A DNA stretch of 64,000 nucleotides from Desulfobacterales bacterium (GTDB taxonomy: Bacteria; Desulfobacterota; Desulfobacteria; Desulfobacterales; SpSt-501), in the NCBI GenBank assembly GCA_030834695.1, contig JAUQXK010000089.1, positions 192,174 through 256,173 of the forward strand, given 5' to 3'. Numbering within the stretch: the first letter of the stretch is position 1; the number at the start of each line of letters is the position of its first letter. Both the position numbers and the translations under genes were made by a program. The notes below the pieces were generated by a model, which saw nothing but the letters and a program-made list of their open reading frames with translations, was not told where the DNA came from and made no database searches. Below, in pieces: positions 9,309 to 18,187 of this stretch.

Positions 9309-10142
9309 ATGTGGGATAAGGACAGAGGAAATTTGAAAGGATTCTGCATGGAACAGCTCAAGGAAGGACCGATACAACCCATGCGGCTGGGGCCCGACAG
9401 CCGCTTTACGTTCCGCTGCCACAAGGACGTGAAGTGCTTCACCCAGTGCTGCCGTGGGATCAACATTATCCTGACCCCTTACGACATCATCCGCCTTAAG
9501 AAACGTCTGGGGCTGACGTCCGAGGAGTTTTTGGCCCTTTACACCGAGCCGCAGATGCTCGAAAAAACCGACATCCCCGTCGTCACGCTCAAGCTTCTGG
9601 ACGAAGAAGGGGCCGCCGACGTAAAAAGGGCTTGCCCATTCGTGCGTCCCGAGGGGTGCCTGGTGTACGAGGACCGGCCGACCTCGTGCCGCTACTATCC
9701 GCTGGGGGTTGCGTCGCTGGCCTACAAGGAGGACCCGGACGGCGAGGACTTCTTCTTCATGGTGCGCGAGGCGCACTGCTTGGGGTTTGACGAGGATCGG
9801 TCCTGGACCGTGCTGGAGTGGCGCCAGGATCAGGGGGTCGACACGCACGACCGGATCAACAATCAGTGGACCGAGCTCATCGTCCGCAAGCGGTCCTTTC
9901 CGCCGAACATGCACTGGACCGAGAAGGTCAAGCAGATGTTCTTCATGGCGAGCTACGACATCGACCGGTTCCGCACGTTTGTGTTCGAGAGTTCTTTTCT
10001 CAGGCGTTATCCCGTGGATGAGTCCGCCCTCGCCAAACTGCGCAGCGACGACGTGGCATTGCTGGAATTAGGCCTGAAGTGGCTGAACGGGTTGTTGTTC
10101 AAGGAGAGCGGGCCTCAGGAGGCCGCCGCAAAACAGGACTGA
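9309..10142 (+). CDS. YkgJ/UPF0153 family cysteine-cluster protein
   Basis: CHKDVKCFTQCC cluster plus CPF...GCLVYEDRPTSCRYYP, as in the YkgJ zinc/iron-chelating family. An alternative start at 9348 (MEQLKEG) is possible. Confidence 0.7.
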   Translation: MWDKDRGNLKGFCMEQLKEGPIQPMRLGPDSRFTFRCHKDVKCFTQCCRGINIILTPYDIIRLKKRLGLTSEEFLALYTEPQMLEKTDIPVVTLKLLDEEGAADVKRACPFVRPEGCLVYEDRPTSCRYYPLGVASLAYKEDPDGEDFFFMVREAHCLGFDEDRSWTVLEWRQDQGVDTHDRINNQWTELIVRKRSFPPNMHWTEKVKQMFFMASYDIDRFRTFVFESSFLRRYPVDESALAKLRSDDVALLELGLKWLNGLLFKESGPQEAAAKQD

Positions 10143-10147
10143 GAAAC

Positions 10148-10181
10148 GAGGACTGAGCTGAGACCTCGCCCCTCAGTCCTC
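10148..10181. terminator. hairpin between convergent genes (YkgJ-like and dapA-family)
   Basis: Perfect 10-bp arms GAGGACTGAG (10148-10157) and CTCAGTCCTC (10172-10181) with a 14-nt loop. No strong T-run. Confidence 0.4.
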
Positions 10182-10192
10182 AGCGCTTTCGA

Positions 10193-11227
10193 CTAATATT
10201 CCGCGTAGCAGAGCCCTTCCCGGAATTTGGGATTCTCCAAGCGCTCTTCGATGTTCACGCCGAAGAAGTCCGCGATGGGTTTCAGGATTTCAGGCGCCGT
10301 GCGCTGCATGGTGCGGGCGACCTCCAGAACCTTGTTGAGGCCGTTTGGGGTCATTTTGCCCAGGGGCGGTTTGCAGCCGCCCGACGGCATTCCCAGGATC
10401 GCCATTAAGGTCTTGTAGGCGAGCGGGTTGCGCGCTCGACAGACCACCTCGCCGTAAGGGGTTTTCTCGGTGGTCTTGACCGTGACTAGGTTGAAGAGCG
10501 GTTCGAGCTTGGCGGCCAGCGCCCTGGCCTCGGCCGGGCGTCCGGCCAGAAGCAGGTTGACCATTTCGGTCGTCGCTTTGGGCGCCACATTGGAAGCCAC
10601 CGAAATCACGCCGCCGGCCTTCACCTGGGGATCCGTCATCATCTCGATCGTCAGGGGGTCGTCCCCGGATAGAATGGTGAAATCCGGCCCGCAGCACGTC
10701 CGTGTGCGCCGCATGTTCGCAAGGTCCCCCGTGGCCTCTTTGACGGTGTTGAGGTTGGGGTATTGCTTGAACAGAAGCCCCAGGTCTTCAGGCAGCAGCT
10801 GGGTCCCGGTGCGCCCCGGAATGACGTAAGAAATGATGTCGAGCGTCGGGAACTCCCGGGCAACGGGTGCGATGTATTCGCGGCGGATCTCAAGCGAGCT
10901 GGGCCCGTTGTAATATGGATCCACCAGCAGCACCCCCTGGACTCCGCATTCCATTGCATGCCGGGTGCCTTCCAGGGTTTCACGGGTGTTGTTGCTGCCG
11001 GTGCCGGCAATGCAGGCGCATTTGTTCCGGGCTTTAACCGCTATCTTTTTGGTGACTTCATTGTGCTGTTGCCAATTCAGCACCGGGCTTTCGGCAGTGG
11101 TGCCGGCGGCCAAAATGCCGGTAATGCCGTTTTGAATCTGGAAATCGATCAACCGGTCCAGCCCGGTCCAGTCGATGTCCTCCTCCTTGAAAGGCGTGAT
11201 CAGTGCGGTGTAGCACCCAGCTTTCAT
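10193..11227 (-). CDS. dihydrodipicolinate synthase (DapA/NAL) family lyase, long form
   Basis: Start at ATG 11227 (MKAGCYTALITPF; AGGGGGA SD). GTTAESP, DPYYN, TVKEATGD (Schiff-base Lys context). About 345 aa with a C-terminal extension. Confidence 0.8.
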   Translation of the reverse strand: MKAGCYTALITPFKEEDIDWTGLDRLIDFQIQNGITGILAAGTTAESPVLNWQQHNEVTKKIAVKARNKCACIAGTGSNNTRETLEGTRHAMECGVQGVLLVDPYYNGPSSLEIRREYIAPVAREFPTLDIISYVIPGRTGTQLLPEDLGLLFKQYPNLNTVKEATGDLANMRRTRTCCGPDFTILSGDDPLTIEMMTDPQVKAGGVISVASNVAPKATTEMVNLLLAGRPAEARALAAKLEPLFNLVTVKTTEKTPYGEVVCRARNPLAYKTLMAILGMPSGGCKPPLGKMTPNGLNKVLEVARTMQRTAPEILKPIADFFGVNIEERLENPKFREGLCYAEY

Positions 11228-11238
11228 GGCGTCCCCCT

Positions 11239-11362
11239 GACGGCGCTGCAGTAAACCCAACTTCGGCGTTGCGCTTCATTTCGCTGGTGCTGCGGCGCAC
11301 CGGCGTACGACTTGCAGCACGAAACTCGCGCGCCTTGAATTTGGGCTTACTGCAGCGCCGTC
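11239..11362 (-). promoter_or_regulatory. 124-nt rod-like structured leader immediately upstream of the dapA-family SD
   Basis: 22-nt arms at 11341-11362 and 11239-11260 are reverse complements with one difference. That difference is a G-U pair only in the minus-sense RNA. Inner helices GGCG/CGCC and GTGCTGC/GCAGCAC. Confidence 0.5.
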
Positions 11363-11601
11363 TGTTGTGAGATGGCAAAAATCGAAGTTGCTTCCTGACT
11401 CGCTTGGTAAAGAAAAGCCCAAGTGATGTCAAGCGAAAACATGGTGAAAACCGCTGCCGGAGGCGGCAATTTTACTTGACATCAATTTGGGGTTACCGTA
11501 TCCGCAGAGAATCCCCGGATGATGGGGGCTTCTCTGATAAGAAACAGCCGAAAGCACCAAAGGCTGCAACCCCGTTTGAACGCAATGAGGATTAAGCAGA
11601 A

Positions 11602-12234
11602 ATGAGCAAACCCAAGGATGTCGATGAATACATTTCCATCCAAAAAGCGGCCGTCGGCCAGAACCCCGAGTGCGGCAATTCGCATTACAACCTGGCGGTC
11701 GGATATGTGGGGCAGCGGCGATTTGAAGAGGCGGAACGAGAACTTCATGCCGCCCTGGAGTGCAGCCCCAGCCTGGCCGAGGCCTATGTGCTGCTGGGAG
11801 GGATTTGCATGAGCCGCGGCGACCTGGATGGGTGCCTGGCGTACAACCGCAAGGCGGTCCACGTAAGGCCCGGCTTCTCCGAAGGCTACGGCAATATCGG
11901 ATTCGTCGAACTGCAGCGCGGCAACGTCGATGAAGCCATCAAGAACTTTGAGCGTGCCACCGTCTTCAACTTCCGCTATGTCCAGGCATTCGCCAACCTG
12001 GGCAACGCCTACCTCATGAAAGGAATGGTGGACGAGGCCATCGCCGCCACTCAGAAGGCCGTTACCCTCGCTCCGGATTTCGCCCCGGCTCACAACAACC
12101 TGGCAATTGCTTATCTGGAGAAAGGGGAATTCGCCCTGGCCGTTGAGCATTACGACAAGGCCGTTGCCCTCGGCTTCGATGTGGCGCCGCCGATCCGCCA
12201 GGAAATCGAAGAGCATCGGGCGAAGTTGAAATGA
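11602..12234 (+). CDS. TPR repeat protein
   Basis: About five 34-aa TPR units (AHYNLAVGY..., AEAYVLLGGI..., QAFANLGNAY..., APAHNNLAIAY...). Confidence 0.8.
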   Translation: MSKPKDVDEYISIQKAAVGQNPECGNSHYNLAVGYVGQRRFEEAERELHAALECSPSLAEAYVLLGGICMSRGDLDGCLAYNRKAVHVRPGFSEGYGNIGFVELQRGNVDEAIKNFERATVFNFRYVQAFANLGNAYLMKGMVDEAIAATQKAVTLAPDFAPAHNNLAIAYLEKGEFALAVEHYDKAVALGFDVAPPIRQEIEEHRAKLK

Positions 12235-13451
12235 AGGCGTTGGGAGGTGGCGGGGTCGCAGAGTCAACGACGGCGCCGCGCTTTGAGTATTTTCTCGAAA
12301 CGCTCGGCCAGCCGGTCGCACCGGAACATCCGGCATGGTTGCGCCCCCTTCCGATGAGCCGGCACGGGCTCGCCGAGCCCTCGCCTTCCGGTCTGCGTCA
12401 GGATGCGTCCATATCCGTCCGGGATTATTTTCAAGGGGTTCGGACATTTATCGAAGGGCCCGGACGGAATGCCTTTGTCCGTTCACTCACGAAGTGGGGG
12501 GCGGATGCACCGGCTGCAGAGACCATCCGCATTTTTCTGGCCAAGCACGGGGAGTATTACCATCCGGCCCGGGTGGAAACGGAAATCAGCGGAATCTTAT
12601 TCCGCTGGGTGGTCAATGTGGCGGTGTCCGCCGCCGGAACATCCCTCCTTTTCAAAGAATTCGAGCTGCTGGAAAAGCTGGGGCGGGAATTTTCGGCCGC
12701 CTACGTCCCGGAAGTCTACGGAGCGGGCGAGGTGGATGCCGGACGCGGTCGGATGCTGGCCATGTTCATAGGGCAATGGCTTGCCGATTTTCACGAATTC
12801 CACCTGACCCGGGATACGCCCGAGGGGGGGCCGGCGCTCGTGCTGTGGGACCCCCAAAACGGTCCCCGCCGGCTGGACACCCGTCAGGCCCACGCTATTT
12901 ATCGTCAGGTCGCCCGAATCCTGACCCATTACCTCAAGTTGACGGATTTTGCGGGGATCGGCGCCTGGCACCATGCGGCCGGCGACTTCGTGGTCCACTT
13001 GAAGGAAGACCGGCCCGAGGTTCGCCTGATCACGGTGCGCGAATACCTGCCCCTGTTTCGAACCCGGCCGGTATCCGGCGATTCCACTCAATCCATCAAG
13101 ATTTTCCTGGAAGCGCTGCTGATTTTCCTGCTGAACCTCAGTATCCGTACCCGCCTGGACCGCCTGGACGGAACGGGTGAGCTGGCTTGGTCCGATCCGG
13201 TGGCGGTCCAAGCGACCGTGGCCGGCATGCTGGACAGTCTTGCGGAAAAAACGGTACCCTTCGAGCTGCCGTTGCCGATGGAGCCGCTTTTCAGGCGCTA
13301 CCTTGCGGCCTGCTCCGAAGAAGACCTCCTGTCCCTCTGCATGGCCATTGCCGAAAAAAATTATCCGCCCGGCAGCCCGGAGCCTTCCCTACCGGAAACC
13401 TGCCTGGAAGAACACGCTGCTGAGTTGGCCGCCGTTTTTAGCCAACTTTGA
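12231..13451 (+). CDS. hypothetical protein, possibly protein-kinase-like/APH fold
   Basis: ATGA overlap with the TPR gene and good codon bias. Order of a Lys-containing strand (IFLAKHGEYYHP), acidic helix (EFELLEKLG), hinge-like MFIGQWLADF and WHHAAGDF resembles an APH/ChoK-type fold. Weak inference only. Confidence 0.55.
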   Translation: MKALGGGGVAESTTAPRFEYFLETLGQPVAPEHPAWLRPLPMSRHGLAEPSPSGLRQDASISVRDYFQGVRTFIEGPGRNAFVRSLTKWGADAPAAETIRIFLAKHGEYYHPARVETEISGILFRWVVNVAVSAAGTSLLFKEFELLEKLGREFSAAYVPEVYGAGEVDAGRGRMLAMFIGQWLADFHEFHLTRDTPEGGPALVLWDPQNGPRRLDTRQAHAIYRQVARILTHYLKLTDFAGIGAWHHAAGDFVVHLKEDRPEVRLITVREYLPLFRTRPVSGDSTQSIKIFLEALLIFLLNLSIRTRLDRLDGTGELAWSDPVAVQATVAGMLDSLAEKTVPFELPLPMEPLFRRYLAACSEEDLLSLCMAIAEKNYPPGSPEPSLPETCLEEHAAELAAVFSQL

Positions 13452-13465
13452 TGGACCCGTAAAAA

Positions 13466-13503
13466 GTCCCGCTGTCATGTCATTTCGAGCGAGGCGAGAA
13501 ATC
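13466..13503 (+). repeat. 38-nt repeat, copy 1 (inverted partner at 18917-18954)
   Basis: GTCCCGCTGTCATGTCATTTCGAGCGAGGCGAGAAATC matches the reverse complement of 18917-18954 at 33/38 positions (hand alignment). Confidence 0.7.
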
Positions 13504-13657
13504 AACGCGTTGAAAATATTTCTCCCGGTGGCCGAAATAACAGAATCAACTTCTTACTACATACAGGGTTTATTTTCCTGGCCGCCTCAAGATGAGGTAT
13601 GTTCCGGATACTTCATGGTTTCCAGGCTTCATAACGGCCCGGAAATCTGCTTTTTTA

Positions 13658-13686
13658 TTGACAAGCGCAGCGTTTGATTCTATAGC
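13658..13686 (+). promoter_or_regulatory. candidate sigma70 promoter for dsrA
   Basis: TTGACA (13658-13663), 17-nt spacer, TATAGC (13681-13686). It lies in an AT-rich tract and would give a leader of about 150 nt before dsrA. Confidence 0.35.
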
Positions 13687-13844
13687 TTCACCTTGATTTT
13701 TTTCGCAGATATTCCCAACGGATAAGCATATACCACAACCGAAAAACTCATCGATCGAGAGAGGAGGTGAACCGGCTTTTTCTCTGTTTTATGCGGTCTT
13801 TGCGTTTCAAGGTGCTTACTCATCAACTCAAACGGAGGTAGATA

Positions 13845-15158
13845 ATGGCAAAACACAAAACCCCTATGCTGGACCAATTGGAAAGCGGTCCGTGGCCGAG
13901 CTTTGTGTCGGACCTGAAGGAGTTGGCCGAACATCGCGCGAAAACTGCATCAAAAATCGACTACCAGATTCCGGTCGAAGTGGTTGAAGACGTTCTCGGT
14001 CTCATGGAGCTTACCTACAAGCATGGCCGCACCCATTGGAAGCACGGCGGCATCGTCGGCGTTTTCGGTTACGGCGGCGGCGTTATCGGCCGTTACTGCG
14101 ATATGCCGGAGGAGTTTCCGGGCGTCGCCCATTTCCACACCATGCGCGTCAGCCAGCCCGGCGGCAAGTTCTACACCTCGAAATATCTGCTCGAGCTATG
14201 CGACCTGTGGGACCTCCGCGGCAGCGGCATCACCAACATGCACGGGTCCACCGGCGACATCGTCTTCCTGGGGACCACCACTCCGCAGCTCGAAGAGATT
14301 TTCTTTGAGCTGACTCACAAGATGAACCAGGATCTCGGCGGTTCAGGCTCCAACCTGCGCACCCCTTCCGACTGCATTGGAACAGCCCGCTGCGAATTCT
14401 CCTGCTACGACACGCAGGCGCTGTGTTTCACCCTGACCAATGATTACCAGGACGAGCTGCACCGGCCGGCCTTTCCTTACAAATTCAAATTCAAATTCGA
14501 CGGCTGCCCGAACTGCTGCGTCGCCTCCATCGCCCGTTCCGACATGTCCTTCATCGGTACCTGGCGGGACGACATCCGCATCGACCAGGAAGCGGTCCAG
14601 GGTTACATCGGCGGTGAATTCGCTCCGAACGGCGGCGCCCACAAAGACCGCGACTGGGGCAAATTCGACATCAAGAAAGAGGTCATCGACCTCTGCCCCA
14701 CCGAATGCATGTGGATGGAAGGCAAGAAGCTCAAGATCGACAGCAAGGAATGCAACCGCTGCATGCACTGCATCAACGTGATGCCCCGCGCACTGAGGAT
14801 CGGACAAGACACAGGGTTGTCCATCCTGGTGGGCGCCAAGGCCCCCATTCTCGACGGCGCCCAGATGGGTTCGCTGCTCGTCCCCTTCGTCAAAGTGGAG
14901 GAGCCCTACGACGAGATCAAAGAAGTCATCGAGAAGATCTGGGATTGGTGGATGGAAGAGGGCAAGAACCGCGAGCGCCTCGGCGAGCTGATCAAGCGCC
15001 AGGGCTTCCAGAAGATTCTGGAAGTGACCGGCATTACGCCTGATGCGCGCCACGTCAAAGAGCCTCGGTCCAACCCCTACATCTTCTGGAAGGAAGAAGA
15101 AGTCGAGGGCGGCTGGACGCGCGACGTCAACGAATTCAGAAAATACCATCGCAGATAA
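13845..15158 (+). CDS. dsrA: dissimilatory sulfite reductase alpha subunit
   Basis: MAKHKTPMLDQLESGPWPSFV N-terminus, HWKHGGIVGVFGYGGGVIGRY, siroheme/FeS Cys clusters (CIGTARCEFSC, DGCPNCC) and a ferredoxin-like insert (CPTECMW...CNRCMHC). Confidence 0.97.
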   Translation: MAKHKTPMLDQLESGPWPSFVSDLKELAEHRAKTASKIDYQIPVEVVEDVLGLMELTYKHGRTHWKHGGIVGVFGYGGGVIGRYCDMPEEFPGVAHFHTMRVSQPGGKFYTSKYLLELCDLWDLRGSGITNMHGSTGDIVFLGTTTPQLEEIFFELTHKMNQDLGGSGSNLRTPSDCIGTARCEFSCYDTQALCFTLTNDYQDELHRPAFPYKFKFKFDGCPNCCVASIARSDMSFIGTWRDDIRIDQEAVQGYIGGEFAPNGGAHKDRDWGKFDIKKEVIDLCPTECMWMEGKKLKIDSKECNRCMHCINVMPRALRIGQDTGLSILVGAKAPILDGAQMGSLLVPFVKVEEPYDEIKEVIEKIWDWWMEEGKNRERLGELIKRQGFQKILEVTGITPDARHVKEPRSNPYIFWKEEEVEGGWTRDVNEFRKYHRR

Positions 15159-15170
15159 GGGGGACGAACT

Positions 15171-16316
15171 ATGGCATTTATATCTTCAGGATACGATCCC
15201 AAAGAGCCGATGAAAAATCGCATCACGGACATCGGCCCGCGCAAATACGACGAATTCTATCCGCCGGTCATTGCCAAGAACAAGGGCCAATGGCTGTATC
15301 ATGAAATCCTCAAGCCCGGCGTGCTGGTCCACGTGGCCGAGTCCGGCGACAAGATCTTTTCCATCCGCGTCGGCGGCGCGCGTCTCATGAGCACCCTGCT
15401 CATCCGCGAGATTGCCGAAATCGCCGACAAGCACTGCGGCGGCTATGTGCGCTGGACCACCCGCAACAACGTCGAGTTCATGGTCGACGACGAAAAGAAG
15501 GTCGAGCCCCTGCTGAAGGACCTGGCCGGCCGCAAGTTCAAGGGCGGCAGCTTCAAGTTCCCGGTCGGCGGAACCGGCGCCGGCGTTACCAACATCGTCC
15601 ACACTCAGGGGTGGATGCACTGCCACACCCCGGCCACCGACGCCTCCGGCCCGGTCAAGGCCACCATGGACGTGCTCTTCGAGGACTTCCAGAAGATGCG
15701 GCTGCCGGCCCAGCTGCGCGTGTCGCTGGCCTGCTGTCTCAACATGTGCGGCGCCGTGCACTGCTCGGACATCGCCATCCTGGGCTACCATCGCAAGCCG
15801 CCCATGCTGGACCATGAGTACCTCGACAAGATGTGCGAGATTCCCCTCGCCATCGCGGCCTGCCCGACCGCGGCCATCAAGCCGGCCAAGATCGAAGTCG
15901 GCGGCCAGAAGGTCAACAGCGTCGCCGTCAACAACGAGCGCTGCATGTTCTGCGGCAACTGCTACACCATGTGCCCGGCTATGCCGCTGGCCGACAAGGA
16001 AGGCGACGGCATCGTCATCATGGCGGGCGGCAAGGTGTCCAACCGCATTTCGCCCCCAAAGTTCTCCAAGGTCGTCGTGGCCTTTATCGAGAACGAGCCG
16101 CCGCGCTGGCCCAAGACCACCCAGGTCATCAAGAAGATGGTCGACGTCTACTCGCAGGATGCCCGCAAATACGAGCGCCTCGGCGAGTGGGCCGAGCGCA
16201 TCGGGTGGGAGCGCTTCTTCGAGAAATGCGAGATCCCGTTCACGCACCACCTGATCGATGATTTCCGGGATCCGGCCTATTACACCTGGCGCCAGACCAC
16301 GCAGTTCAAGTTCTAG
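15171..16316 (+). CDS. dsrB: dissimilatory sulfite reductase beta subunit
   Basis: [53 protein letters not shown]-terminal [12 protein letters not shown]. Confidence 0.97.
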   Translation: MAFISSGYDPKEPMKNRITDIGPRKYDEFYPPVIAKNKGQWLYHEILKPGVLVHVAESGDKIFSIRVGGARLMSTLLIREIAEIADKHCGGYVRWTTRNNVEFMVDDEKKVEPLLKDLAGRKFKGGSFKFPVGGTGAGVTNIVHTQGWMHCHTPATDASGPVKATMDVLFEDFQKMRLPAQLRVSLACCLNMCGAVHCSDIAILGYHRKPPMLDHEYLDKMCEIPLAIAACPTAAIKPAKIEVGGQKVNSVAVNNERCMFCGNCYTMCPAMPLADKEGDGIVIMAGGKVSNRISPPKFSKVVVAFIENEPPRWPKTTQVIKKMVDVYSQDARKYERLGEWAERIGWERFFEKCEIPFTHHLIDDFRDPAYYTWRQTTQFKF

Positions 16317-16333
16317 ACCGTCTGGATGGAATG

Positions 16334-16358
16334 GGGGGCACCCGGAAGGGGTGCCCCC
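16334..16358 (+). terminator. GC-rich intercistronic hairpin between dsrB and dsrD
   Basis: GGGGGCACCC (16334-16343) pairs with GGGTGCCCCC (16349-16358) around a 5-nt loop, followed by TTCACTTT. It could be a partial terminator or an mRNA-stabilising hairpin. Confidence 0.45.
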
Positions 16359-16384
16359 TTCACTTTAAGAAAAAGAGGTAACCC

Positions 16385-16624
16385 ATGGATTACGCGGAAG
16401 CGAAGGTCAGAATAGTTGAAGGACTCACCAAGAAGCTCAAGACCAAATCCAAGTTTTACTTCAACGATCTGGCCGAGATTCTGGAGATGAAGCCCCGCGA
16501 GGCCAAGAAGCTGATCAACGACATGGTGGCCGACGGTACGCTGGAATATTGGTCCAGCGGCAGCACCTCCATGTACGGCCTCAAGGGAACCGGCAAACAG
16601 GCGGCTGCAGAGCACGAAGAATAG
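16385..16624 (+). CDS. dsrD: DsrD, small winged-helix dissimilatory sulfite reductase-associated protein
   Basis: 79 aa directly after dsrB. KSKFYFNDL...KKLINDMVADGTLEYWSSGSTSMYGLKG is typical of DsrD. Confidence 0.92.
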   Translation: MDYAEAKVRIVEGLTKKLKTKSKFYFNDLAEILEMKPREAKKLINDMVADGTLEYWSSGSTSMYGLKGTGKQAAAEHEE

Positions 16625-16671
16625 AACCGTCCGGTTTGCGGCGGTTTTTCGGTCTCTCCCGGCAATTATCG

Positions 16672-18099
16672 ATGCAGCTTCGTGAAGCGGAATTCCCCCG
16701 GCTGATCATCGCCGCCCTGCGCGGCGGTTCGGGCAAGACCATCGTATCGATCGGAATCACCGCGGCGTTGCGCGCGCGGGGAAAATCCGTCGCCCCTTTC
16801 AAAAAAGGTCCGGATTATATCGATGCGGGCTGGCTTGCCCTGGCGGCAGGCCGGCCCTGCTATAATCTAGACACCTTCCTTTTGAACGCGGACCTGATCC
16901 GAAGTTCGTTCTGCACCCATGCCTCCCCCGCGGATGTGGCGCTCATCGAGGGTAACCGCGGCCTCTACGACGGCATCGATCTGGAAGGCGCCACCAGCAC
17001 GGCCGAACTGGCCAAGCTCCTGAAGGCTCCGGTGGTGATGTGCGTCGATTGCACCAAGACCACCCGCACCATGGCCGCCGTCATGGACGGGTGCGTGCGC
17101 TTCGATCCGGAGGTGATGGTGCGGGGGGTGATCCTCAATCACGTGGCCGGTGCGCGCCATGAATCCATCCTGCGGCGCAGCATCGAGCATTTCAGCGGGG
17201 TTCCGGTCATCGGCGCGATCCCCAAACTCGACCGTCCGGTTTTTCCGGAGCGCCACATGGGCCTGGTGCCCACCGTCGAGCACGCTTGGGCCGCAGACTC
17301 GATCCAGGCCATCGGCCGCACCGCCGCTCAGCACATCGATTTGGATGCACTGATGCGGCTCGCGCAAGCCGCCCCTCCGGTCGAAGCGGTATGCGAACCC
17401 TTGGCCATCGAGCGGCCCGACAGAGCGGCCGCAGCCGTCGAACCACCGGTCGCCCGGATCGGCGTCCTGCGGGATTCCGCATTTCAGTTCTACTATCCTG
17501 AAAACATCGAAGCTCTCGAAGCGGCGGGGGCGCAGATTGTTTTCGTCAGCCCGCTGCGGGAAAAAAGCCTGGCGGAAATCGACGCGCTTTACATCGGCGG
17601 CGGCTTCCCGGAAACCCACGCGCAGGAGCTTGCCGAAAACAGGTCTTTCAGCGACAGCATCCGGGCGCTGGCATCGGCCGGGCTGCCGGTTTATGCCGAA
17701 TGCGGCGGCCTTATGTACCTGGGCGAAGAGCTGGTTCTCGAGGGGAAGAGCTATGCCATGGCCGGCGTCCTGCCGCTGGCTTTCGGTTTGTTCAAGCGGC
17801 CCCAGGGACACGGCTACACCGTGGTTTCGGTCGAGCGCACCAACCCCTACTATCCGATAGGGGCTGAAATCCGCGGTCACGAGTTTCACTACTCGCGCGT
17901 GCTGAGATGGTCCGGAGCGGAGGACGATTTCGTTTTCCGCATGCAACGCGGCGTCGGCATACACGGCGACCGGGACGGGCTTCTTTACAAGAATGTTCTG
18001 GCCACCTACACTCACATTCACGCCCTTGGAAATCCAGGCTGGGCAGGCGCACTGGTTCGCAATGCGGTCGCTTTCCGATCCCAGAGATCCCATACCTAA
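16672..18099 (+). CDS. dsrN: cobyrinic acid a,c-diamide synthase homologue in dsr context (DsrN, proposed siroheme amidase)
   Basis: Start at ATG 16672 (MQLREAEFPRLIIAALRGGSGKT P-loop). KKGPDYID, C-terminal GATase domain with AECGGLMYL. Position after dsrABD matches described dsrABDN loci. Confidence 0.85.
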   Translation: MQLREAEFPRLIIAALRGGSGKTIVSIGITAALRARGKSVAPFKKGPDYIDAGWLALAAGRPCYNLDTFLLNADLIRSSFCTHASPADVALIEGNRGLYDGIDLEGATSTAELAKLLKAPVVMCVDCTKTTRTMAAVMDGCVRFDPEVMVRGVILNHVAGARHESILRRSIEHFSGVPVIGAIPKLDRPVFPERHMGLVPTVEHAWAADSIQAIGRTAAQHIDLDALMRLAQAAPPVEAVCEPLAIERPDRAAAAVEPPVARIGVLRDSAFQFYYPENIEALEAAGAQIVFVSPLREKSLAEIDALYIGGGFPETHAQELAENRSFSDSIRALASAGLPVYAECGGLMYLGEELVLEGKSYAMAGVLPLAFGLFKRPQGHGYTVVSVERTNPYYPIGAEIRGHEFHYSRVLRWSGAEDDFVFRMQRGVGIHGDRDGLLYKNVLATYTHIHALGNPGWAGALVRNAVAFRSQRSHT

Positions 18100-18187
18100 G
18101 TTTGAATCTGCGGAAACCCTTCGTCGCCGCTCCTTGAACCGGATCGGCGGGCGCCGCTGCGCTCCCGCCGATCTTATCCGGGGGCTG

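Noticed and set aside
13787-13837. 16-codon uORF (MRSLRFKVLTHQLKRR) ending just before dsrA
   Set aside because: No SD at a suitable distance and no way to test conservation here. It is probably a chance ORF in the leader.
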